Origin: the human T2T-CHM13v2.0 reference genome, Homo sapiens
NCBI RefSeq assembly: GCF_009914755.1
Contig: NC_060928.1
Length of the DNA stretch: 64,000 nucleotides
Reading direction: 5' to 3' (one strand)
Shown here in pieces: positions 48,542 to 63,246 of this stretch; position 1 is the first letter of the stretch; each line of letters begins with the position of its first letter. A program made the translations under genes and the position numbers. The notes below the pieces were generated by a model. It was not told the origin of the DNA, made no database searches, and saw only the letters and a program-made list of their open reading frames with translations.

Positions 48542-50409
48542 TTAGGTAATGAAAATATGAATGAGAATCTCCTATATATCAATGAAACCATCAAATAGGA
48601 GAAAAAGGTTTGAAATCAAATTGAATGCACAATTATTCATATCAGCTGGCAACTAATTGGATCACAGCATCTTTTCAGAATCAATCAATATTTCACTGCA
48701 TATCTGATCAATTGGCTAGCATAATCCAATATAAAGAAAAATGAATTAACTTTTTAGAAAAGCCATCTAAATCTCACAATCATTTTATTAAGTCCTTTGC
48801 TTAATAAGCAATAAAATGTTGAACAGAGAATATGAACATTCATCTTAACCTTACATCAGAGAAAGAAATTAGGCATTTTGGAAATATCCTTATCACACAT
48901 TATCTATTTGAACAAATCTTTGAAGTACAATGGGATTTCCATGCATAAAGAAATGATTTTCTTGTAAGTATTAAATAGAAGTTGCTTAAAGTCTACTTCA
49001 TGTTATGTATGAATAAAATGTTCAACATATATTTTTACTTTTTGCACATGCTCAGTGGTTTTTAATTCATAGACTTTACATCATAATAGTAAATCCTCAT
49101 TGTGTGTTTTTAAAATGCTACCTGTTTATTATAGTTCTAGTCCCACTCTGACTAATGTTCTAAGATTAAAATGGTTCTTTACCTCAAAAGAGATATTTTC
49201 TAAAAAGCTTTAAGTATATAGTATTTCTTAGAGAAAAAAACTATAATTCTAGAGCTGATAAGAATTGGACAGATTTAGTGATACTCAATCCAGCTTAAAA
49301 TAAAGTTGCTGTCCTGTCCTTTCCTGTGGCTTATGTCTCTGACAGCAAACATAATTAAAGCTACAGAGAGAGAAATCACCAGTTGTTCTGAATCAGTGAG
49401 ACTCGACAACCAAGAAAATAATGCAAAGCTTTTTTTATCCCAAGTACTGATTCTACCCAGTCTCCTTTGTCTCTGTGTCATTCTTAACAGCAGATATAAA
49501 TACAGAATAAACATGAATCAATAGAAAAGACTAGGGAGAGAGAGAGAGAGAGAGCAATCTGGGGACTTTTGGACGCATCATAGTTCACACATTTGCAACC
49601 ATCCAACAAGCCTGACGTCCTCCGCAGCTCTGAGATGCTGGTACCTGCTTCATTCTTCTCATCAGCTCCACCATTTCCTGTCTCCTTCCCTCCCATAGAC
49701 TGAACGTCAGTTCAGATACAAGAAAAAGTAGGGCTGATAGTTCAACACCTGTTTCTTACTAAAGTCAGAAAAATTGTTTCTCAATTGCCTGCTATTTGGT
49801 CTTTCCAGTAAAGGGTGAATATAAAGAAGGAGAGTGGTACAATCAGAGGAAGCAGTTTTAATTTCTGTCATCACTAATAAATATGCTTTTCCCCAAAATG
49901 GCCTATGGAGTCATTTTGAACCAATTTCTCTCGGGCTAGCATGTTTCTGATTCACTTGCATTATCCTCCTATACATCAGGGACATGGCATCTTTAAAGAA
50001 ATTAAAAAGAATTCTCACCATGAATTCAGATTGTGTTGTAACTATTGACCATATATAATATGTATGTTTGAAACTGCCATGAAGATTCTAATTTTCCATA
50101 GACCGTTTCAGCATGCTGCATAATGCCTTGGCAGTATCTTAGAAAGCAACCTAGAAATCATCAGTGTGATTCTGCCTCTAGTTCTTGAGCTCAGAAGTGG
50201 GCAGTTGTGTAGTGCTTTCTTAAGAGAGCCTGCAAATCCACTGGGTTTGTTCATGACCATGCCCTCCTATAAGTCACACGCTAGTGGGATTTTAAGGACT
50301 TTAAGGACATGCTAAGAACTATTATTAAGTCCTTGAATATAACTAACACACAACATCATGCCACCTTGTTATCTTTTGGACGACTGAAAAGCCCTTTGGC
50401 TAATGATAA

Positions 50410-51485
50410 CATTGAATTTGCACCTCACATCACACACCAGGTTAAACTTCAAAAGGATCAAATATAAGACATAACATTTATATAAAGTAGAAAAAGAAAT
50501 GGATGAGTGCTTTTTTCAGTCCAGGATTGGGGAAACCTTCCCAACTCTTCAATATCTAGTTGCTATTCAAGAAAAAAGAATAAGCCACTGACTAATCATT
50601 AAGAAGTATTCTACACAGCAAAAACATTGTAAACAAAGTCAAAATGTAAATTAAAAACTTGGAGAAATTATTTGTAACTTATATCACAGGGCCAGAATAA
50701 CTAATAACAAAAGAGCTCCAAAAACTCCCATGAAAAAGACTTGTAATTCAACAGAAGTATACGCAAAAGATATGAAGGTAGTTCACAGAACAAGAATTTT
50801 AAATGACTCTTTAAAACAACAAAAAATGGTCAATCTAATTTATTAAGAGAAATTAAAAGCAAAACTATAAGAAAATACCACTCATCTATTAGAATGGCAA
50901 AATCTAAAAGCTTCACTATAATACATATTAGGGAGAATGTTAGGAATAGAAACTCATAAATTTTGGTAGGAATGCAAACTGAAACAACCACTGAGACAAT
51001 AATTTGACAATATATAGAAAAACTGCAGATGCGTATACCTTTTGACGTTTCTACTTCTAGAAATGTATCTTACATATACACTGAAAGAAAAATGTGAAAT
51101 AATTTGTCAATAAGGCTATTTATTGTAAAAATATGTATAATAGCAAAAGTTTACAAATAACCAAAATATCCACCAGCAAGGAACCAGTTCAATAAACTAA
51201 TGCATTCACACAATAGAACACTATGCAATAAAAACAAGAATAAAATAGATTCCTATGTGTGAATATAAAATTATCTCCCAGACATACTAAGTGAAAAAAC
51301 AAATTGCAAAAGAGTATGAATATTGTTTCCTTTATGTGAGAAGTTGTGCGTTTATTAGCTTATATTTATAAAATAAAACAAAAACTTATTAAATATGGTT
51401 ATTCATAGGAATAGAGGGGGAACGGGAAAGAGAACCCAGGGATAGAAGCAAGATTTTTCTGAATCCACCTCATAAAATGTTTTGA
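50410..51485 (+). mobile_element. Degraded L1ME-like ORF2 end and 3'UTR
   Basis: acctcacatcacacacc…gcaaaagatatgaagg…tattagaatggcaaaat…tatacctttgac-like phrases. Confidence 0.7.
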
Positions 51486-51486
51486 T

Positions 51487-51610
51487 TTTATTCACAAGAA
51501 TTTAAGGGGTACCAATGCAATTTTGTTACATGGCTATATTGCATAATGGTTAAGTCTACGCTTTTAGTGTGTCTATCACCCAAATAATGTAGACATTGTA
51601 CCCATTGTAC
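51487..51610 (-). mobile_element. Short L1MA/L1PB 3' end
   Basis: tttaaggggtaccaatgcaattttgttacatggctatattgcataatgg…tatcacccaaataatg. Confidence 0.7.
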
Positions 51611-52181
51611 CTTCCTGTGGAACCTCTGTGCTTTTGAAAACTGGAGTGAAGGTATGTTCCAGAGACCCAACAAATGTTTCTTCTAAACCAGAAATGCCAA
51701 TATTCTTAGCAGAACCATGAGTCAAAGAACATGAAGGTCTAACTACATCTTTTGGATACAGAGGGGAAATTTTACAGTGACAAACAGAAGCCCAAATCAA
51801 CACTGTGGTGTATATAATTTAAATAGGTGACACAGCAATAAATGCACCCTGAGAAGGCAGCACTGTTAAGCGGCAAGAACACTGAGTGTGGAACTATCAT
51901 ACACAGATTTGAATCCTAGGCCTGCCATATGCCACGAGATGACCTGGGCAACTACTCATTCTTTCTCACCCCTGGGCTTCTCTACTGTAAAGTGGAAATA
52001 AAAAAATAATCATTCTTGCTTTTACCAAACCAGGGAGTGGTTTTAAAAGTTCAGTCAGGGTAGATATGTGAAGATATTTTGTATATTGGAAAGCATTTAA
52101 ACCAATGTAGGTGATTGGATACTATACACATAAAAGGAAGTAAGAAATCAGTGTGTGTTAAGAGTTGTCAAAGAAAACTTC

Positions 52182-53585
52182 CACACTACAGGGCTATAGT
52201 AACCAAAACAGCATGGTACTACTGGGACAAAAACAGACACAAAGATCAATGGAACAGGATAGAGAATCCAGAAATAAGACCGCACATCTAAAACTATCTG
52301 AACTTCGACACACCTGACAAAAACAAGCAATGGGTAAAGGATTCCCTATTCAATAAATGGTGCTGGGATAACTGACTAGCCATATGCACAAGATTGAAAC
52401 TGGGCCCCTTCCTTCCAGCATATACAAAAATTAACTCAAAATGGATTAAAGATTTAAATGTAAAACCCAACCTAGGCAATACTATTCTGGACATAGAAAC
52501 AGACAAAGATTTTATGACAAAGACACCAAAAGCAAATGCAACAAAAGTAAAAATTGACAAATGGGATCTAATTAAACTAAAGAGCTTCTGCACAGCAAAG
52601 TAAACTATCAACAGAGCAAACAAACAACTTACAGAACGGGAGAAATTTTTGCAAAACATGCATCTGACAAAGGTCTAAATATGTATAAGGAACTTTACAT
52701 ATTTACAAGAAATTTACAAGAAAAAAAACAAATGACTCCATTAAAAAGTGAGCAAAGGACATGAACAGAAATTTTTCAAAAGAAGACATACATGCGGCCA
52801 ACAATCATATGAAAAAGTGTTGAGCATCACTGATCATTAAAGAAATGCAAATCAAAACCACAATGAGATACCATCTCATGCCAGTCAGAATGGCTATTAT
52901 AAAAAGTCAAAACAAAAAACAGGAGCTAGCGAGGTTGTCGAGAAAAAGGAATGCTTCTACACTGTTGGTGGGAGTGTAAATTACTTCAACCATTGTGGAA
53001 GACAGTATGGCAATTCCTCAAAGACCTAAAAGCAGAAATACTATTTCACCCAGCAATCCCATTACTGAGTATATACTCAAAAGAATAGAAATTGTTCTAT
53101 CATAAAGACATATGCACATGCATGTTCATTGCAGCACTATTCACAATAGCAAATACATGGAATAAACCTAAATGTCCATCAATGGTAGACTGGATAAAGG
53201 AAATGCTGTACATATATGCCATGGAATACTATGCAGCCACAAAAAAGAACAAGATCATGCCTTTTGCAGGAATATGGATGGAGCTGGAGGCCATTATCCT
53301 TAGAAAACTAACACAGGAGCCAAAAACTAAATGCCACATGTTCTCACTTACAAGTGGGAGCTAAATGATAAGAACACATGGACACATAGAGGGGAATAAT
53401 AGACATGGAGGCCTATTGGACAGTGGAGGGTGGAAGGAGGAAGAGGATCAGGAAAAAGCTAATGGGTACTGGGCTTAATACCTAAGTGACAAAACACTCT
53501 GTACAACAAACCCCCATGACACAAGTTTACCTATATAACAAACGTGCACTTGTATCCCTGAACTTAAAAGTCAAATTTTTTTAAA
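52182..53585 (+). mobile_element. 5'-truncated L1 (L1PA13-15-like)
   Basis: ORF2 C-terminal ORFs ([13 protein letters not shown]; [11 protein letters not shown]). 3'UTR gaggatcaggaaaaa…cccccatgacacaagtttacc. TSD aaagaaaacttc at 52170-52181 and 53586-53597. Confidence 0.93.
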
Positions 53586-54729
53586 AAAGAAAACTTCATG
53601 AAAGAAATAGAAGCTGAGTTAAATGTTTTAGAAGTGATAGAATTATATAGAAAGAAAATATTTTGTAAAGAAACACAAAGGCAAGAGTAAACAGGGCCCT
53701 CCAGAAGAGCAAGGCAGTCAACACCCTTTAAAGAGTGTTTGTACCTCTCCCACTGACCAGTCATAGATTAGGGCTTCCCCTAAAAAAGGGTCAACAACTA
53801 AGGTAAGGAGGCATTCTTTGGCCTAAACAGGAAAATTCCTGCAGAAGGATGCAAAAGTGAGCCATTAATTTCTAAAAGATGCAGATATAGGCAGCCTAGT
53901 ACGGTATCCACCTTATGGACACTTGTACTGAAAGGAATCACTGAGCCTGGTATCCTGAACCCTAATATTCGGTTTTCTGCTGTATGTGTGTGTGTGTGTG
54001 TTTTGAGACATGCACTTAATATCAATAGCCAGTAAACAAGAACGTCTTATTTTTCTCCAGTGAAAAATGAATGACAAAAAGAAATTCTATATTACCAAAA
54101 CAATATACAAGCACCTATTTAATTTCTATTATCAATCTCTTTGATAATATTCTTTGCCAATAGTAAAAAGTAATAAAAATAAGGCCAATAATACAGAATC
54201 AAAGGCAAATGTTGACAGTACTAGCACAAGAGTAAGTGAAGAGAGGAAAATGTGTGATTTATTTCCTCCCCTCAGGATTTTCATAAATCCAGAGAGGCGA
54301 CAGTTGGCATCAGCTTGTTGTTTGATTGCCATAGGAAAGTGAAGGGCATGAAGGATTTTTTGCTGTTGCTTTTACATCCTGTTCTCTGACTTACTGTTTA
54401 TTTGTTTTACACGGATGCATCAGCAGCGTATGCATCAACTTATGAATGCTGTTTGCTCAATTTTAATAAAAATAAATGTCATCCAGCAGTCTGATTCTCT
54501 TTGCCAGGACAGATAAAGCCCAGAAATCAGCTTTCATAAGGAAAATGTTGCACAAATCTTCTTTGTGTTGGCTCACTGGTCAGGCGTCTGTCTTGGCGTG
54601 TTCTCTCACATGTTCCACTGTTTTCTAAACTGAAAGTGTTGCCCCTGTGGACACACAAGAAGACAGATGGGGGACAGTGTCACCATTAAATTTTAGAAAA
54701 GAACATATTGTCAAAGCTATTGTTGCAAG

Positions 54730-54847
54730 AGTCAGGTGCAGTGGCACAAGCGGTAGTCTCAGCTATGTGAGAGTCTGTTGAGCCCTGGAGTTCAAGACCA
54801 GTCTGGGCAACATAGCAAGACTTCCTTTCCTAAAAAATAGAAAAAAT
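54730..54847 (+). mobile_element. Alu monomer (FLAM-like)
   Basis: gtcaggtgcagtggcac…gagttcaagaccagtctgggcaacatagcaagac plus an A-rich end. Confidence 0.8.
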
Positions 54848-55408
54848 ATATTGCTTCAGCATCTGTGAATATATCTGTAGTTGATAGAATATGAACAACA
54901 GATTTGTTTTGCTTTGTTTTGTTTTAAGGCTTATTTGTATTTATTCTCTGTGGTGCTGCTATTATCTGAGATAGTTTTATAAGTGAAAAAGTAGACCAAT
55001 AGTCTAAGGAGAAAGCTCTGAATTGTGCAAATAGAACACTGGAACATCCTCATTCTCATCGAATAGCTAAAATGTCAATTGACATTTATCTACCATTGTT
55101 TTCCATTATATAAAGTATGTGTGATCTATTTTGGTCACTGATATACATCAACATTACTACACATTAAATTAAAAAGCTCACATATGTGAGCTTCAGTTCA
55201 CATATATTCCCACATATGCTACATATTAGTTCCCTCTGAAAATATTCTTACCTGCATCTGGGACAAAAAAATTAGTTAAAATAAATATGTAAAAGGAGGA
55301 AAATGGTACATTGACATGTTTTAGAACATTTTTCCTTCTGAAGATATTTGTAATTTAGCAATTTGACAGTCCACATTTTTTATATGTACTGGTGCACATA
55401 TACACTAG

Positions 55409-55766
<358 letters not shown>

Positions 55767-56766
55767 TCCTCTCCCTGTTTCTTAATAGGAAATCAAGAAA
55801 GCAGTTGCCAGCAAACGATTTGAGGGCAACATTAGAAAGAAGCTGCCCTGGAAAGTCAATGATAGATATATTTAGTCCTTTAGAGATCGCCATTTTACAG
55901 ATGAGGAAAATGTGACCAAATGAAATTAAGTGATCTGTCTTTAGCCATTTGCCTATTTAATTGATATGTTAGAAAAAGAACCCAGGTTTTCTGACTCCCT
56001 ATCACACTAAAATCACCCACCCCAGGATCAGCAGCAGGCAAGCGATGGTCATTCTTAGTAATATCCTTGGATCCACTCCCGTACAGAAGCTGTTTATCCC
56101 TCTAGCCTCTCTTAATGGTAAAAGTCTAGCTAGCTGCATCTCCAAATTTAAGTAAGCCAGGTTTTCAAAGGATTACAGAACACTAGTTGTAGAAATTATG
56201 TCTTTTACCTGAATGTGGAAAATAATGTAGCTGCAAATGAGATGCTTTCTACCCCAAAAACAATATTGCTACCGCAATACTTATCCCTGTATATTATTTA
56301 TTTTAAGATTACCTGATTACAAGAAGACCAATAATAAAATATACTTTCTGCATAATGCTTTGCAACTTACAAGTTATTTCATATACATTATCTTATGAAA
56401 GCCATTTGATGTGAAATTTAACTCCTATTCATTCTTTAGTTATTAGTTTAGAAGATGCTTCATCTTGGAAGCCTTCTCTGATCTTGCTAGACTGAGTGAA
56501 TTGTTCCTGCCACGTGTTTTTCCAGCACTTAGATCCCCTTGTCTGTCTGATTATGTCACCTCCACCTGAATTATGTGGGAACAGAAACTGTTTACATCTC
56601 ATTCACTCACGTATACCCAAAAATCTAGTAGAGCTCTTGGCACACAAAATACTAAATATTTGTTAATGAATAAATAAATGAACAAAAGAAGTTTTCAGGC
56701 AAAGTGGGAGTGAAGGAAAAACAAAAGTTTTTAGGGCCAAGAATTTTACTATAAAGATGGCTATGT

Positions 56767-57082
<316 letters not shown>

Positions 57083-58706
57083 GCTCTATAAGGCTGAGGG
57101 TCAGATCCTCTATGCAGTTTTTCTTTCCTCAATTTCTGCACAAACAAATTTTCTAAACGCTCATTATCATAATGGCTTCTGCAGCTACACATCTAATAGT
57201 AAGACAAGATAAGAATAGGACAGAAATATTTATGCTTTCTTTTTACATCTGGATCCATCTACAAAATGTTTTTAAGTCAGAAGCTGTCTGAAAGCTTCCT
57301 TTTTATTTAATGGTACTGTGACTATTCAATAGGAACACAGTCTGCTTTGGGTGCCTTTTGGGCCATAGCTGTATACATTAGCTCACCTTATCAAACATAC
57401 AGAATACACTAGAAAAAAGATGGTAGAGATTATCTCCTTTCTATGACTTTGTAAACCTCACATAAGAGCTTGAAGTTCTGGGAAGTGTCAGATAGGGGAT
57501 TTTATCTTTCACAAAATAATCACAAACATAGTTAAACCAACTACACTCTGGAGGCCCATACTGATTTGTAATGGGAACTAAAAGTCACATGGCCCTGGTC
57601 AGAATGTGGCTTTTTCAATCCCAGGATAGCTGATCAATGTAATAATTTTGGCAACTTAAGCTATCTCAAAATAGCTTACAGCAATGTGGACTATAACTAA
57701 CATCCAAATTTCTACATCAGATAAATGTAACTGTTTTCCCCCACCTCCTTCCTGACTTCATTCCTTCCCTCTCCCTCTTTAAGCCCCCCTAGGAATCATT
57801 TGTCATTGCTGCAAACCCAAATGGCTGACTATAAAAATATATGTTTATAAAATACTTGTGCTATGCTCTGCATCTTAGACTCCCTTGAAATAAAGCAGCC
57901 ATAATCCCCACGACAGTTGCCACCATTAATGCTGATCATAAATGCTGGTAAAGAGGCAGAGATGCTGATTTACCACACGTTGCTATGCTTGTGTGTCCTT
58001 TTTCTAATAAAAATGAGGGGAATTATTACTTTCTGAAAGTTGAGCCCCTCAACATTTGTATCACGAACCTCCTCTACCGGGAGATTTCACTGCTCCCCAT
58101 GCTATTTTTTTCTCCCCAAAAAGCTGCCAGTGTAAATGTGCCACACTTGAGCTCCATGGCAGACTGAGCTGAAAGAGCATAAGTCCTATATCTATACTGG
58201 AAAATTTGGTGTTTAGGGAGCAATGAAGTAAGCTATAACTCAGACTTAGAGATAAATGCTATTTGAGGCTCCTGTTCTGTTTATAGATATAATTTGAAAA
58301 GCTTAGAAATCTTTCCCGTAAGAACTTTTACTCCCAAGATTTAGGTAAAATGAGTGGTGCTACAATGTTTAATATGAATAATATCTTATTATTTTTTGCT
58401 TTATTTTTATCTAACACATTAATATAGATGAAGTCAGAGCACTAAAAGTATACAGCAATAGGATGTACCAAATGCTGGAATCATTGGCATACAAATCTGG
58501 ATAAGATGTAGGACTCCAGGAATAAATGGTATTAATTTGATTTAGCTTCATATTTTATGTGATACTTTCACTAAACCCAAAATTATATTCCAGAAACACT
58601 ACGAGTTTTAAAATAAGCTTTTGACCTGGCCATATTGTCACTTACAAAACTCGTCTTTAGAACTCCAGAGATTCGTTCAATGGAAAGTGATTCCTGGGTA
58701 TCATAA

Positions 58707-58761
58707 ACACACACAGACACACACACACACACACACACACACTTGCCAAAAAAAAAAAAAC
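58707..58761. repeat. (CA)n microsatellite followed by a poly(A) run
   Basis: Seen directly. Confidence 0.93.
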
Positions 58762-59091
58762 AGATATTCAAAGAAGTACTTTGATTCACATTTCTTTAAT
58801 ATAATCATAATCTCCCCAAGAAAAACAGTCATAAAGTCCGTTTCAAAACTTGTTTATTTTTCTTTCCTTTAACAAATGTGTATTGAGTACTTTCTATGCA
58901 AAGGTCATTTTGCTAGATGTTACAGAAACAATGAAGAACAAAACGAATACAATATATTCTTTTATGTATTTCATTTTCTAAGGGTATAAATTCACTGTCA
59001 GAATTTATTCCTAATAGTGGAGATAAATAAAAAGCAAAGTTACATAAAATTGTTTTAAGTATCATAAAGAGAACATATAGTATTATGTGAC

Positions 59092-59489
59092 TGATGTAGT
59101 CTGGCTCTGTGTCCCTACCCAAATTTCATCTCAAATTGTAATCCCACAAGTTGAGCAAGAGACCTGTAATTCCCACGTGTCAAGGGAAGGAAGTGATTGG
59201 ATTATGGGGGTGGTTTCTTTCATGCTGTTTTCATGATAGTGAGTGAATTCTCACGAGATCTGGTGATTTTATAAGTGTCTGACGTTTCCTCCTACACACA
59301 CTCACTTTTTCTCTCTCCTGCCAGCATGCGAGAAGGTCTGAACTTACTTCCCCTGCACCTTCTGCCATGATTGTAAGTTTCCTGAGGCCTTCCCAGCCAT
59401 GTGAAACTATGAGTCAATTAAACCTCTTCCTTTATTAATTACACAGTCTCAGGTATTTCTTTGTAGCAGTGCAAAAATAGACTAATATA
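59092..59489 (+). mobile_element. MaLR solo LTR (THE1D/MSTA-like)
   Basis: tgatgtagtctggctctgtgtccc…gactaatata. TSD gtgac/gtgat. Confidence 0.92.
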
Positions 59490-59899
59490 GTGATAGAACG
59501 CACCGTCATATTCAGAGGTACTTTGTCTCACATTATGTAAATATTGCAAATGCCATTTAGTCTCCCCAGTAAATTCACCATTACTGCTCCTTCTTAGTGA
59601 TCAAACTGTCAGGATTAAGCTATTTTAGTAAAGCTTCATACTCCATTCTGTCTAAAATACCATGGGAAGGGATCTGGAAAGAACTGAAGAGTTATGGACG
59701 TGGACTCAGAAGACAAGATTGTAAGGAATTTGCTGGGAATGAGAGTGAGTCTTGAGTGGTGTCAGGCACACAGCACACATTCCAGGATGAACTGATCAGG
59801 AAAAGAAAGGAAAAATCCTGAATTTCGACACAAACAACAAATGCTAACTGCTTGTCTATTGTGATCCATGTAGATAATTAGAATTCAAAGACACATAAT

Positions 59900-60130
59900 A
59901 ATATTAGTAATAGTTAACACTTACTGAGCATTTACCAAGTGCCAGGCACTGTGCTAAGCACTTTTACATATGTTACCTCTAATATTCACAGCAATGTAAT
60001 GTGGTAGTTAGTAATATTAACTTCATTTTGCAGATTAGGAATTAGAAAGGATTTTTCAAAATTAAATTGCCAAGGTCACACAGTTAACACATACGTTTTC
60101 AAAGATTGAAATCTGAACATTCTGGCCATT
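59900..60130 (-). mobile_element. MIR
   Basis: acttactgagcatttaccaagtgccaggcactgtgctaagcac…cattttgcagat…gccaaggtcacacag. Confidence 0.8.
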
Positions 60131-62729
60131 CTCCTACAGTCCTATTTTCACAGGTTGTCTTATCACTTTATAATGTATTGAGGGGAAGCGTTCTAGATAA
60201 ATACAAGTTAGTCAAATGTAAGTAAACACCATGATACACTATAAATAAAGTTATATGTTGTCTTACTGAAGTAAACATTCAGTGATCATACTCACCAACA
60301 CATCCTGGGTTCTACAAAACTTTTTCTTTGAAACAACTTACTCTAAATTTCTATCAATTTTTCAACTAAAATACACTATTTCTCTTTCTTCTTCATTTAA
60401 AATTCAGAGTTAATCTTTTCATTCTCTGTTTCTGGAGTGCACTGTACACATTTTTGTAATTATTCGTTATTTAGATATGTGCTTCCCCCAGTAGATTAAG
60501 TTGTAGACAGGTAAGGACTTTATACTTTCTCCCTAACTTCACTGCAAGGAACTGTCATATAACAACTATCCAATGAAATGTGCATTCAATAAACTGCAAG
60601 GTACCTTTATGGCCACATAGATGTGACACAATAGTATAGCCTCAATTTAAATGCAGTAATTGGAACTTGGATACAGATTAAATGACTTCTTAATACACAA
60701 AGACTCTTGAGATGACAGACTTTCAGGCATTATTCTACTACAGTTGCAAATGGACTATTATTGTACTATAATGAAGAGAATGATGGAGCACTTAAAACCA
60801 CTAATATTTTCTCAACCATTATGTGTAAATCTACATGGAGCCAGACTAAAAATGGCAAATACACCGCTACACCCCTCATCTACTCTGCAAGAGACACCGC
60901 TAATCAATCACGACATTGGCTGCTTCTGTGTCTGGACTCATCCTTTGCATCAATTTCAGCATGACATTCTAGCAGTCACTGCCAATTGACAGGCCTTCAT
61001 CATCAGTTAATGTTCACATGTCATGCTTGACCTGGATCAATGTCACATAATTTTCCTATGTGTAACATTTTACCACTTGGTACTTCTTCTAGTGAAGAAA
61101 GAAAGCATATGGGCATCTCAGGGAAATCTTATATAACTAGAGTTCCAGATTTTATTTGAGCCAGCTGGGTCCCAAGAGCCAGGCCATAGACCATTACTGA
61201 TCTGCAATTGATTTTCTCACTACCTCATGAGAAAAAAAAAAAAGGAAAAGAAAAAGAGAAAAATAGTCCAGATACTAATCTGACTGGCTGCGTTAGAATC
61301 ACCTGGAGAGCTTTGTAAATACTGTTTATAGATCCTCAATCCTGAATCAACATCACTAGAGATTATGTCTGAAAACCATGTGAATATATGTATATTATGA
61401 TGTACAGTCTGGTTTAGGTACTGCTAAATTTTTGTGTCCATAGGTATAACATTTCAGTTGCATGTCTTTGAAAAAGAAAATTTTTTTCTTTAAACAATGT
61501 CACTCTTACTTTTAATTTTTAGTTTGAAAATGCCTTATTTATGAAATAATGGAAATAATAAATAGAGTTATAAGAGTATTTTTGGCTGCTTTTTTTAATG
61601 CCATACTTGACAAAATAAAGAGTTGGGAATCCTATGGAAGTCTCCTTTTTCGGAAATGGTGTCTGTCCTTTCAACAGGTCTATTGGTACACAGCTCTCCG
61701 ATCAGACAAGTCTGAGCATTCAGGGTGAAGTGGTGGGTGGAATAAGCAAGACAGAAATCTGCATTTATTCAAAACTGAAGAACCTCCTGGGAAATATCTA
61801 AGGCCAAGAGGAAAAATGTCAAGAGCACAAGCTAGGCTAATCAGCAAATCCTTCTTCTGGGAAATGGACGGAGAGGATTCTAGTCTTTGGCATATGCCTT
61901 GTCCTGGTGCAGCCTCACACAAGGTCTTCAAGTCTAGCTGCCATGCAGTGGGGCTATGAAGAGAAAGGGGCAAATTATACAGTAAGAAATAAGAAGACCC
62001 AACTCTGTTATTAAAACTTCTTCTGCAAGATATTGAGGTTTGGGAAAATCCTTAACAGTGTAGTGCAGAGAGGGGACAGAGGCATCCCTCCACTTTCCAT
62101 GGGTCACTGGGTAGCTTTGGAGCCTTCAGCATACATGTGGCAGTGGCAGCAGTAAGAGACAAAGGAGAAGCTAGCTGCCATGAGCAGGGAATCAGCAGTG
62201 TCTCAAAGACAGCACTCTTAGTGGTGGCAGCAGAGTCCAGCAGCACCGAGGTCCCCCAGCAGGCACAGAGAACCAGCAGCCATGTTCAGCAGAGAGTGGT
62301 GCTCAGAGAATGCTGTGTGGTTCTCTTGAACATTTATGAAAGGCTTCCCAGAAACACACTAGATAAAGAGGGAGAATTCTTTCTATGGAGCTTAAACCTG
62401 ACATTAGTAGGCTCCGCCAAGAGCCCAAGAAGTTTTGATACATAATGTGACGGTTACCCCATTTCAAATCCCAGTTAGTGTAGCCCACAGAGCAAGCAGT
62501 CTCTATGAAATGAGAATGGGAGTACACTGGTAAGTTCTGAAGGGCAACCTCTCACAATACATCAGGTTCTCAGTCTCTTTTGGTCACAAACACAAAGGTT
62601 CATACTAGCCCATAGAAATAAAAAATGATTCTAGTAGGAAAAACATCAAAACTAATTCAAATCATGACCTGAATGGTCAAAGGGAAATATTTTTCACATC
62701 TATTACATACTTATACTAGAAATTAAGAG

Positions 62730-63246
62730 GAATGGCTGCCTGTCCTACAGAAATTATCCACCCAGTGTATCGGTGTTATCCCAGTGGATCTACCAGAAAG
62801 AGCCCCACTCTTCTGGTCAAAGCAGTGCAGTTGGCTGATCCAATCTTCTCCCCTTGCTGAAGCAATTGGTATGAGAATCAAATTAGCATTCTTTCCTAGA
62901 TTTATATTAAACAGGAGCTAAGAGAGATTCTTCTTATTTGTGTGTGTGTGTGTGATGTTTTGTTTTGTTTTGTTTTGTTTTTTGAAGTAAATACCCATGC
63001 CACCAGGAGAAAGTTCATCTTCAGTAGGAATAAATGAAGTTGACACAGAAAAAGGCAAAGAGGAAAGATGGAGAGGGAGAGTGTGCAATGATGTTCAAGA
63101 ACCTAGTTTCCATATCTCCGGTCCTTAGAGCCATTGTGTTCCTATTGCAATACCTTTGACTGCATGAGCTACTCTCAATTTCTGAATAAATTCCCTAGTT
63201 TGAGTTGGGCTTTTGTCATTTGTAACCAAAAGAATGCATGACTGAA
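62730..63246 (+). mobile_element. Old MaLR LTR (MLT1K/L-like)
   Basis: 3' end aataaattccctagtttgagttgggcttttgtcatttgtaaccaaaagaatgcatgactga. The 5' boundary is uncertain. Confidence 0.6.

Noticed and set aside
62052-62527. GC-richer segment with overlapping ORFs
   Set aside because: No recognisable protein or splice frame. It may be an ancient LTR remnant, but I could not assign it.
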